NCBI GenBank assembly: GCA_010093995.1
Contig: ML992510.1
Location: 447,504 to 511,503, forward strand
DNA from: Elsinoe ampelina
Lineage: Eukaryota
Reading direction: 5' to 3'
Length of the DNA: 64,000 bases
The notes under the pieces were generated by a model. The model saw only the letters and a program-made list of their open reading frames with translations, ran no database searches and was not told the DNA's origin. Positions 1 through 11,753 of this stretch are shown one piece after another (within the stretch, counting starts at the first letter, position 1; each line of letters starts with the position of its first letter). The translations under genes were made by a program, and so were the position numbers.

Positions 1-2797
1 ATAATATATATAACAAGGAATTACTTATAATTATAGAAGCGTTCTACAAATAGAAAGTATATCTAGAAGGGATAACCTTACTAGTATAAGTCTATATCGA
101 CTATAAGAACCTTCTATATTAGACAACAACTAAGGTTCTTAATAGATAATAGATTTAATAGTTAGAAACACTTATAAGCTATAACTTCTAGATCTACTAT
201 ATTAAGGGATTAGAGAATAGCAAAGTAGATGCTCTTAGCTACTAGCTAGATTACTTAAAGAATATAACAATTATAGAGGCCTCTATACTAAAGTAGTAAG
301 ATAGCGCTCTAGTCTATAAGTACCCGAAGGTAGAGTAGTTATATAGCCTTACCTAGGAGCTTACGTAAGAATAGAAATAAGAAGTTATTTAAATATACTA
401 TAATAACCTAACGGCGGGGTATAGTAGGATTAATAAGACTATTAAACTTATTATATAAAACTACCTATAGAAAGGACTTTAAAATAATGTTAAAACGTAT
501 ATTACTATATACGATATATACTATAAGTCTAAGCACTTACGACATAAGCTATATAGGCTATTATAACTCTTACTACTACTAGATAAACTATAGTAATTAG
601 TTACGATAGACTTTATAGAACCTCTACTACTATTAGAAGAACCTCTTATAGGTATAAAGTATAATAGTATTCTAGTTCTAGTAGATAGATTTACGAAGTA
701 TTACTACTTTATACTATATAAGACAATAGTAACTACTAAGGATATAGCCTTTATCTTTTTCTAAATAATTGTTTTATAATATAGAGTACTATAAGACCTA
801 ATAATTAATAGAGATAAGCTATTTATATTATAATTCTAGTAATTATTTATAGAACTACTAGAAGTTAAATATAAGCTATTAACTTCCTTTTATCTATAAA
901 TAGATAGATAAACTAAATAGGTAAATTAAGTACTAGAATAGTACCTACGCTACTACCTAAACTATAAGTAAGACTTATAGGTAATACTATTACTACTCGC
1001 GGAGCTTACTATTAATAATAGAAAGTTAGCTAATAGAATTTTACTATTTTATATAAACTATAGAATATACCTAGATCTATACTATAACATACTTAGAATT
1101 AAGCTAATATCTAAGGATACTAATATACTAGTAGCTAACATTAAGAAACTATATACCTAGCTATACTACGATATAGTATTTATATTATAAAGAATAGTAG
1201 AGTTTACTAACTAGAAGAGAATTATAGGACTAATTCTATAGGAGAGAGAGAAAGTTTACCTCCTTAGTAGAAATATTAAAATAAAACAACTAAGTAAGAA
1301 ACTTAACTATACTAAACTAGAACTCTTTAAGATCCTAGAAAAGAAAAATAAGAACGTATATAAACTAGAACTACTAAGATATATAAGGATCTATCTAGTC
1401 TTTTATATATTACTACTAGAGAAAGCACTATAGAATACTATACCTAGACCTATTAAACTAAATAAAGAAACATAGGAGCTATAGTATAAGATCGAAAGGG
1501 TTTTATATTATAAATCTATAAGAGGAAAGCGTTACTATCTTATCTACTAGAAAGGACATTAGTATAGTAAAGTAATATAGGAACTAGAGAAACACCTTAC
1601 CTTATAAACAATCTTAGATTACTAGACTAAAAACCTATTCTAAGTAAACTAACTAGGTAGGCCTAATACTACTAATACTAAATAAAAACGAGAATGCCTA
1701 AGGAAGACTACTTAGCTAATAGAAGTACTCTAATTGTTACTAAATAAGGAACTCTAATTAGAGTTAGGTATAAATAATTACTAGTCCTATAGTAGAATAG
1801 GATCTACTAACAATAGTATTTCCTTCTACTTTAAGACTTAAATATAAGTCTTCTCTAGAAAGATTACTTTCTTTACCTTATTCTTTAACTTTTATATCTC
1901 TTTACATATGCGAAGCTTATTACCTATAGCTCTTTAATAAGCCTCTTTTACCTTTTTATAAGCTTCTTTAGCTTCTCTTCTAGTAGCCTTAGCTATAACT
2001 AATTCCTTTCGTAAGTAAATATACTTAGACTAAAGATACTACTATTCTAATTTTGTTACTTAAATATTATAACTCAAGTAGTTACTTATAATATACTAGC
2101 TATAAATACCTAACCGAATATAGACTTTATAGTCTAGCCTTTTTAACTTATAATAAGAGTAAGCTTATAGTATATTAGTTCTAAATAACTTAATAAACTC
2201 CGAGAGGTTCTTTCGTATAGATATACTAGATTTACTATACCTTTAATAACTAGAAGGTATATTTAGTATATAGTGTAAAAGGACAAGAAAAAATACTTAC
2301 TTGTTAGAATAACTTAATTAAAAGAGGAGAGTAATATTACAAACTAGTAGGACAGCTAGAGTATAGAGACGTTAGGACTAATTAAACTACTAAGGTTATT
2401 ACGTAACCTAGCCTAATATTTACTCGATTCTCTATCTTCTCTAGTAGCTCTACCTTAGAGACTATAGAGCGTATAGGTTACTAGTAGACGTATACTCTAT
2501 ATTGCCCCTAACTCTCGCTATAGAGTATATAGAGTATATAGAGCATATAGTAAAGAATATATATATATAGGGATAGTCCTTACCTTATATAAGTACTATA
2601 GTTAACCTTGTCTAGATAGTAAACACTAGTATTACTAAGGCTAGCCTTTGTAATACTATCTAATTGTACTTTATTATCTATAAGATATACCTTCTCTAAC
2701 TCTTACCTTAGTGCTATACTACTATAGAAGTAGAACTACCTCGTTCTTAGCTTATCTTAGACTACTAGCATAGGCTATATTTAGATAGTTCGTAACA
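1..2797 (+). mobile_element. Ty3/Gypsy chromovirus copy 1, 3' part only (RNase H end, integrase, chromodomain, 3' LTR); RIP-inactivated
   Basis: Colinear with 23,142-25,936. Chromodomain relic ~1484-1600 (YxIERV..YYLIxWKG..TWEP after reverting RIP changes). Polypurine tract AAAGAGGAGAGTAA before the LTR at 2335. Confidence 0.93.
2335..2797 (+). repeat. 3' LTR of Gypsy copy 1 (463 bp)
   Basis: TATTAC (RIP of TGTTAC) ... CGTAACA; matches the LTRs at 18,913 and 25,474. Confidence 0.93.
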
Positions 2798-4041
2798 GGC
2801 CTATACTTGCTATACTTATAGTAACTAATATACTAGATGTTCCTTAGCTAACTATACTTTAACTCTAAGGCCTATTAGCTCTCTTAAACCTATAAGGACC
2901 TCGAGTAGCTTAAGGGTTATTATCTAGCCTATTCTATATAGCCTAATATACTTACTAATAGAGCTTCTAAGATCTGTCTCTTTTAGTAGTACTTTACCCT
3001 AGAGGTTCTTACTAAAGACTTATATACTAGAGGCATTATTAGGTGTAGTTAATACCTTAATAACTTATACTAACTCTCGCTACTTTATAGTAGTCCCTAT
3101 AAACTTTATAGATCTTACTAGTCTAACTACTACTAAGGTTTATAACTTAGCTACTATAGTAATAAACTATATAGTAGAGCTTATAAGAATTATAGCTACT
3201 AGCTACTCTAGTTAGCTTTCTCCTATTTATATCTTTATACTAGGCCTAGTACTAACAAGGTATAGTAGGTCTAGATCTAATACTTCTATAAGGTCTATTA
3301 GTAGTAATAAGAGAAAGAGTTCTTCTTCTATAAAGAAGTAATTTAAGGTAGGGGATAGATAAGAGTTATTAAAGGTAATAATAGTACTAAGTAGTAGATA
3401 TAGCTTAGGTATAAGTAGCTAGTAATAGAGTTATAATAGCTTTTCCTTTCTCTCTTCTTAATAATAAAGTAATTTACTTTAAGCTTTAGACAAATAAGAT
3501 AGCTTAATAAGTAGTAGTAGTATAAATAACATACTTAAAATAACAATATATATAAAATTTAAATAAGTATATAGTATAGATATATACTAAGTAATTAGCC
3601 TTTACTAATTAATTAAGAATCTTATTAAGAGACTTAAGCTTTATAAGTATATTAGCTAATTACTAAGTTATATTAATATACTTAAGCTTAATTACTCTAA
3701 GTTTATACTACTCTCTATAGTAACAATTCCTTAGATTAATATACTTAGATCTCCTTAAGTTAGTATAATCTCTTATAAGTTTAATAGCTAATTTATTATT
3801 AATAAAGACTATAGTTAGGCTAAGGTAAATATTAGTAAGTAGCCTAAGTTTAATAATAAGATTTTTTAACTAATTAATCTCTCTATAGGTCTTAGTAAGA
3901 GTAAGGTATTTAGCCTTAATACTTAATAATATAATAATCTTCTATAGCCTTAACTTCTAAATAACTAGTATACTAAGTATATAAATAATAGTACTAGATA
4001 TAGATCTTATAGTTAATCTATCTCTAGTAAAGTCTAAGTTA

Positions 4042-4053
4042 NNNNNNNNNNNN
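4042..4053. other. Assembly gap (12 N)
   Basis: Run of N. Confidence 1.
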
Positions 4054-4354
4054 TAGGCTTTATAAGTATATTAGCTAATTACTAAGTTATATTAATATAC
4101 TTAAGCTTAATTACTTTAAGTTTATACTACTCTCTATAGTAATAATTCTTTAGATTAATATACTTAGATCTCCTTAAGTTAGTATAATCTCTTATAAGTT
4201 TAATAGCTAATTTATTATTAATAAAGACTATAGTTAGGCTAAGATAAATATTAGTAAGTAGCCTAAGTTTAATAATAAGATTTCTTAACTAATTAATCTC
4301 TCTATAGGTCTTAGTAAGGGCAAGGTATCTAGCTTTAGTACTTAATAATATAAT

Positions 4355-4819
4355 TGTTACGAACTGTCTAAACATAGCCTACGTTAGTAGTCTAGGCTAA
4401 GCTAAGAACGAGGTAGTTCTACTTCTATAGTAGTATAGCACTAAGGTAAGAGTTAGAGAAGGTATATCTTATAGATAATAAAGTACAATTAGATAGTATT
4501 ATAAAGGCTAGCCTTAGCAATACTAGTGTTCGCTATCTAGACAAGGTTAACTATAGTACTTATATAAGGTAAGGACTATTCCTATATACCTATATTCTTT
4601 ACTATATACTCTATATGCTTTATATGCTCTATAGTAGAGCTACTAGAGAAGATAGAGTACACGTCCGCTAGCAATCCTATATACTCTATAGTTTCCAGGG
4701 TAGAGCTACTAGAGAAGATAGAGAACTAGGTAAATGTTAGGCTAGGTTACATAATAACCTTAGTAGTTTAATTAGTCCTAATATCTCTACGCTCTAGCTT
4801 ATTCTACTAGTTTATAATA
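4355..4819 (-). repeat. 3' LTR of Gypsy copy 2 (465 bp)
   Basis: TGTTACGAAC start; adjacent to the complement of the polypurine tract at 4820-4835. Confidence 0.93.
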
Positions 4820-7800
4820 TTACTTTCCTTCTTTAATTAAGTTATTCTAACGAGTAAGTATTCTTCTTTATCTTTATACGCTATATACTAAACATGCCTC
4901 CTAGTTGTTAAAGGCATAGTAAATCTAGTATATTTATACAAAAGAATCTCTCGGAGTTTATTAAACTATTTAGAACTAATATGCTATAGGCTTATTCTCG
5001 TTGCAAATTAAAGAGGCTAGACTATAAGGTCTATATTTAGTTAGGTATCTATAGCTAGTATATCGTAAGTAACTACTTAGGTTATAATATTTAAGTAACA
5101 AAGTTAAAATAGTAGTGTCTCTAGTCTAAGTATATTTATTTACGAAAGGAATTAGTTATAGCTAAGGCTACTAGAAAGGAAGCTAAAGAAGCTTATAAAA
5201 AGGCAAAAGAGGCTTATTAAAGAGCTATAGGCAATAAGCTTCGCCTACGTAAAGTAATATAGAAACTAGAGAATAAGGCAAAGAAAGCAATTTCCCTAGA
5301 GGAAACTTATATTTAAGTTCTAGAGTAAGAGGAAATACTATTATTAGTAAATCCTGTCCTACTATAGAATTAGTAATTATTTATGCCTAACTCTAATTAG
5401 GGTTCCTTATTTAGTAACGATTAGAGTACTTCTATTAGCTAAGTAGTCTTCCTTAAGCATTCTTATTTTTGTTTAGTATTAGTAGCGTCTAGCCTACCTA
5501 GTTAGTTTACTTAGGATAGGTTTTTAGTTTAGTAATCTAGGATTACTTATAAGGTAAGGTGTTTCTCTAGTTCCTATATTACTTTACTATACTAATGTCC
5601 TTTCTAGTAGATAAGATAGTAACGCTTTCCTCTTATAGATTTATAATATAAAACCCTTTCGATCTTATACTATAGCTCCTATGTTTCTTTATCTAGTTTA
5701 ATAGGTCTAGGTACTACGTCCTATAGTGCTTTCTCTAATAGTAATATATAAAAGACTAGGTAGATCCTTATATATCTAGTTTATATACGTTCTTATTTTT
5801 CTTTTCTAGGATCTTAAAGAGTCTTAGTTTAGTATAGTTAAGTTTCTTACTTAGTTATTTCGTTTTAATATTTTTACTAAGGAGGTAAACCTTCTCTCTC
5901 TTCTATAGAATTAGTCCTGTAATTCTCTTCTGGTTAGTAAACCCTATTATTCTTTATAATATAAATACTATATCTTAGTATAGCTAGTTATATAACTTCT
6001 TAATATTAGCTACTAGTCTTTTTATATCCTTAGATATTAGCTTAATTCCGAGTGTATTATAGTATAGATCTAGGTATATTCTATAGTTTATATAGAATAG
6101 TAAAACTCTATTTGCTAACTTTCTATTATTAATAGCAAGCTCTATAAGTAGTAATAGCGTTACCTATAAGTCTTGCTTATAGTTTAGATAGTAGCGTAGG
6201 TACTACTCTAGTACTTAATTTGCCTATTTAGTTTATCTATCCGTTTGTAGGTAAAAGAAAGTTAATAGCTTATATTTAACTCCTAGTAGGTCTATAAATA
6301 ATTACTAGAATTATAATATAAATAGCTTATCCCTATTAGTTATTAGGTCTTATAGTACTCTATATTATAAAATAATTATTCGGAGGAAGATAAAGGCTAT
6401 ATCCTTAGTAGTTGCTATTGTCTTATATAGTATAAAATAGTAATACTTCGTAAATCTATCTACTAGAACTAGAATGCTATTGTACTTTACACCTATAAGA
6501 GGTTCTTCTAATAGCGGTAGAGGTCCTATAAAGTCTATCGTAACTAATTACTATAGTTTGTCTAGTAGTAGTAAGAGTTATAGTAGGCTATATAGTTTAT
6601 GTCGAGAGTGTTTAGACTTATAGTATATATCGCATATAGCGATATATATCTTAATATTGTTTCGGAGTTCTTTCTAGAGGTAGTTTTATATAATAAGCTT
6701 AATAGTCTTATTAATTCTACTATGTCCCGTAGTTAGGTTATTATAGTATATTTAAATAACTTCTTTTTTCTGTTCTTATATAAGCTTCTAGGTAAGGCTA
6801 TATAACTACTCTACCTTCGGGTACTTATAGACTAAAGCGCTATCCTACTACTTTAGTATAGAGGCCTCTATTATTGTTATGTTTTTTAAGTAATTTAGCT
6901 AGCGGCTAAGAGCGTCTACTCCGCTATTCTCTAATCCCTTAATATAGTAGATCTAGAAGTTATAGCTTATAAGTATTTCTAACTATTAAACCTGTTATCT
7001 ATTAAGAACCTTAGTTGTTATCTAATATAGAAGGTTCTTATAGTCGGTATAGACTTATATAGGTAAGGTTATCCCTTCTAGGTATATCTTTTATTTATAG
7101 AACACTTTTATAATTATAAGTAATTCCTTGTCGTATATATCGTAGTTAAGTTTAGGTCTAGTTATTTTTCGTAAGTAATATATAATTAGGTAGCGTTATT
7201 CTTCTATATTCTTCTATGCTAGATATACTTCTATTGCAAAGTCTAAGGTATCTATTTCTAGTAGTGCTTATTAGTCTAGGTCGAAGAGTACTAGAACAGG
7301 TACTATTATAAGTCTAAGCTTTAGCTCCTTAAAGGCCTACCTATATCTCTTATTAAAGACAAAGCTAGTTTTCTTTTTCGTAAGGTTAGATATTAGCGTA
7401 GCTACTCTAGAGAATCCTTTAATAAACTTATAGTAGTAGTTAAAGAACCTTAGTAGCGCTTAAACCTCCTTAACTATTATAAGTTCTAGCTAGTCGTTTA
7501 CTAACTTAATCTTCCCTAGATTAGGTCTAATACTATTAGTAGATATAATATAGCCTAGAAATTATATCTTATACTTATAGAACTTATACTTAGAGAGTTT
7601 TACTAGTAAGTCTTTCTCTTTTAGTTTCTATAGTACTTTATAAATATATCTTATATGTTTATTATACATCTTTAAGAAAATAATAATATTATCTAAATAT
7701 ACTAAGATAAAGTTATTAAGGTATTCTTATAGAGTATTATTAATTAACTCTTAAAAGGTTATAGGAGCGTTAGTTAACCTAAAGGGTATAACGAGGTACT

Positions 7801-10800
7801 TATATAGACTCTATTACGTTCTAAAAGCTGTTTTTTACTCCTTACTCTCCTTTATTTATACTTAATAATAGGCGTCCCTAATATTAATTATAGTAAACTA
7901 TTTAGCTCTAAGTAGTTAGTCTTAAAGTTTGTTAATTCTTAGTAGAGGATAGTAATTCTTCCTAGTAAGTATATTAAGTTTCTAGTAATTAATATATATT
8001 TATAATATTCTATTCTTTTTTAGTGTAAAAAGCACTCTATACGTAATAGGTAATTTTAATAGTTGTATAAATCTTTTAAGTAAGTACTTGTCGATATAGT
8101 CCTTAAGGATATTCTTCTCTTATTTTAATAGTAGTATAAGACCTTAATAGTGTATTAGGGATTTACCCTCTTTAAAAGGTATTTTATAATTCTATAGTTT
8201 ATATTAGAGTAAGGCTATAATACCTTTCCTTTCTTTAAATAAGTCCTTAAAGTCTTTATATTCTAGCGGAAGTGCTTAATTACTTATGCTAGTAATAGCT
8301 CTAACTATTAGTCGTACCTATACTATCCTTATAGTTAGTATCTATAGAGCCGATTATACTTCCTATGTCCTATAATTACACTTAGGGAATTTAAGTGTTT
8401 CTTTAATCTAGTCTATGTCTAGATTATGTTATTAAAGCTAGTCTATGCTAAGTACTATATTATACTATATATTAACTATATTAATTAATTGTTTTTCTAT
8501 ATGTATTCTAATTCTAATTATAACGTTTTATAGTTCCTAAGTAACTCTCTTATTCTTCCCTATAGAGGTTCTATCTACTATAGTAAGTAGGTAAGGTAAC
8601 TCCTTCTAATATTAATAAGGTTTAAGCTAATTAGTAACTGTTATAGAGATATAGCTATAGTTAGCCCCTAAATCTATTATTACTCTTACCTTATTTCTCT
8701 ATATCTAGACTTCTAGTATAAAGTAATTTAACATATAGATCTTTATTATATTAAGGCTTTAGCTAGTATTATTATCTTACCTTATTAGGCAATAACTAGC
8801 TAGTTTTTTGTTATTGTAGCGCCTTAGATAAGTAGCTAATCCCTTCCTACGTATATCTACTATTAGTACTATATCTATTAGGCTAGTTATATCTTATTAT
8901 TGTTTAACATAGTAAGGTAGACTTCTAGTGCTTAAGTTCCTTAATAACTATAAAGTCCGATAATTCTCTATTAGTTACACTAAGTAGTATTATATACTTA
9001 TATTAGTATAACTATTCCCTCTAGGTGTAGCTAGGTACTAGTATTAAAGACGAAAGTAAGTTAAGTAGATTTGTCTTGTTATATTCTATTCTAGTAATAG
9101 GTGTATATTATTATATAGTTTCTCTATATCCCTATAAGGTATGCTTTAAGTCGTTTACCTAGTAGTAGTATATTATTGTTATTATTAAATAAATTATTAT
9201 TTATATTGTTATATTATAGTTGTTCGGTGTATTCTTTGTTATATTCCTCTTTGTCGCTACTATCTCTAGTATAGTTATAGTTAGTAAGGCTACACTAAGC
9301 ATATTTCTATACTTAGCTATAGGGAATAGTACTATCTATTTTAATTACCGAGAAGTCTGTAGTATATTTAAGACTAATAGCCTCTTCTCTAAGTACATTA
9401 TATAAGTAAATAGTATAGTACTATTTATAATCTAGATTTGTACATTTCTAGAGCAATATATAATATGCCTTTCCTTATAGTTTACTATAAGGGCTAAAGG
9501 TAAGGCTACTATATTATTATATAGTACTTACGTTCTAATACTTTATCTCGATAATTGTATATTAGTAATTGTTGCTAACTACCTTCTAAGGTTAGTTAAT
9601 ATTACTACTAATTATAGAGAGCTCTTCTAGGTTAGGTTCCTAGTCTAGCTATTTCGTTAGTTGCCTACGCTTAGATAGCTTATATAGAAACTAACTAGAT
9701 CCCTACTTATCTAATAAGTAAATATAATAAGAGTTATTATAATATACTATCTATAATAGTATTATATATTAGCTTTATTGTTTACTATTAGTTGTAGAGA
9801 TATTAAGCGTAATATCCGAAGAGAAATCTATTACCTCTTAAGTCGTTATAGACTTCTTCTATATTTCCTTATCTACGCTAAAGGTCGTTAGGTCTTCTAT
9901 AGTAGTATTAGCCTTTTTCTCTACTAGCCTAGCAACTATTATATATAATCTATTAGCTAGCGCCCCTTATCGGTAGTCCCTAGCCTAATACCTAGGTCTT
10001 TTATACTTAAAACATAAGTTGTCTTATCTATACTTCTCTCTCTCTTTTTTACTAAGGAACTTTCCTCTACGACTTTAGCCTTATACCTATAAGAGGCAAC
10101 CTTCGCGTATAGCGTTAAGTTCTATAGAGTCTCTATAGTTTCGAGAGAAACACGTATATCTAGTATTTACCTTATATTCTCTATAATGTTCTATATGTCA
10201 TTTATAAAGTTAGTTATTAATAGCAATTATAGTATCTACTAGTTCTTAGAGGCTATTAGGCAGCTCGGGTATTATTTAGTCTTTAACCGAGTTACTTAGT
10301 CCTTAGTAGAATACTAAATGTTTAGTACTATTATTCTAGTCTAGGTACATTACAAGTTATTAGAACTAGGAATAGTACTAGGCTATAGACCTATATTGTT
10401 ATAGTTGTTAGATCTTCGTCGTAGCGATGTATTTCTTATTAGATACGTTAAAGACTTACTTAATCTTTGCCTAGAAGATACTAAAGCTCTTAAAGATAGC
10501 CTTTATATCTAGGCCTAGTTATCTATCTAGGTAGCTACTTATATAAGGCTCGAACTACCTAAAGGTAGCGCCTTTAAGGTGTATCCCGGTATAGAGAACC
10601 TTTACTACGTCGTTAGCGTACTTATCTCTCTCTAGAGTAAAGAAGGCTTTAAGTTAAACAAGAAAGTGCCTTAAGTAGGCGTAGTTCCTATAGAAGAGTT
10701 CTACTTCTAACTTAAGCTTGCTCTATTCTTCCTCTATACTAAGAGACCTTCTATATTTGCTCGAGGTTAAACTAGTAGTAGACATGTCGTTAATAGTAAG

Positions 10801-10901
10801 CTTTCCTAGCTTACTAGCGATTAAAGATACTAATAGTAACTTAGAGTAAGAGTTACTTATTAACCTCCTAGCGTACTATACTATAGTAAGAGTAGTTAAA
10901 A

Positions 10902-11366
10902 TATTACAAACTATCTAAATATAGCCTACACTAGTAGTCTAAGCTAAGCTAAGAACGAGGTAGTTCTACTTCTATAGTAGTATAGTACTAAGGTAAGAGT
11001 TAGAGAAGATATGTCTTATAGATAATAAAGTACAATTAGATAGTATTATAAAGGCTAGCCTTAGTAATACTAGTGTTTACTATCTAGACGAGGTTAACTA
11101 TAGTACTTATATAAGGTAAGAACTATTCCTATATACCTATATTCTTTACTACGTACTCTATATACTCTATATACTCTATAGTAGAGCCGCTAGAGAAGAC
11201 AAAGTACACGTCCGCTAGTAATCCTATATGCTCTATAGTTTCCGGGGTAGAGCTACTAGAGAAGATAGAGAACTAGGTAAATATCGAGCTAGGTCACGTA
11301 ATAACCTTAGTAGTTTAATTGGTCCTAATGTCTCTACGCTCTAGCTTGTTCTACTAGTTCGTAACA
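10902..11366 (-). repeat. 5' LTR of Gypsy copy 2 (465 bp)
   Basis: Direct repeat of 4355-4819, ending GTTCGTAACA. Confidence 0.93.
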
Positions 11367-11550
11367 ATAATAATCTTCTATAGCTTTAACTTCTAAATAA
11401 CTAGTGTATTAAGTATATAAATAATAGTACTAGATATAGATCTTATAGTTAATCTATCTCTAGTAAAGTCTAAGTTAAAGTAGGCCTTAATTATATTAAC
11501 TAATAGTCTATTAGTCTTCTTAAAGGTAAGGCCCTTTATAATAGTCTTAT

Positions 11551-11753
11551 TGTTAAGTAGAAGGCATATTTAGGGGTAGAATATTATATAGAACTAATCG
11601 CACACTAGTTAGGTGATAGACGAGTTAATTAATTAAAAGAAGTCTATCTACTAGAAGAAAGAACAGCTATAAATCCCTAGGCCTTAGCATTATATAACTT
11701 AAGGTTATATAACCTTATAGCCTAATTATCTAGAGAGAGCTATATTCTTAATA
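11551..11753 (-). repeat. 3' LTR of Copia-B
   Basis: TGTTAAG...CTTAATA; direct repeat of 16,710-16,912. Confidence 0.93.

Larger units (their letters stand above)
4355..11366 (-). mobile_element. Full-length Ty3/Gypsy chromovirus copy 2 (7012 bp); RIP-inactivated
   Basis: LTRs 4355-4819 and 10,902-11,366. TSD ATAAT at 4350-4354 and 11,367-11,371. Reverse complement of copy 3 over its length. gag ATG retained at 10,785. Confidence 0.96.
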
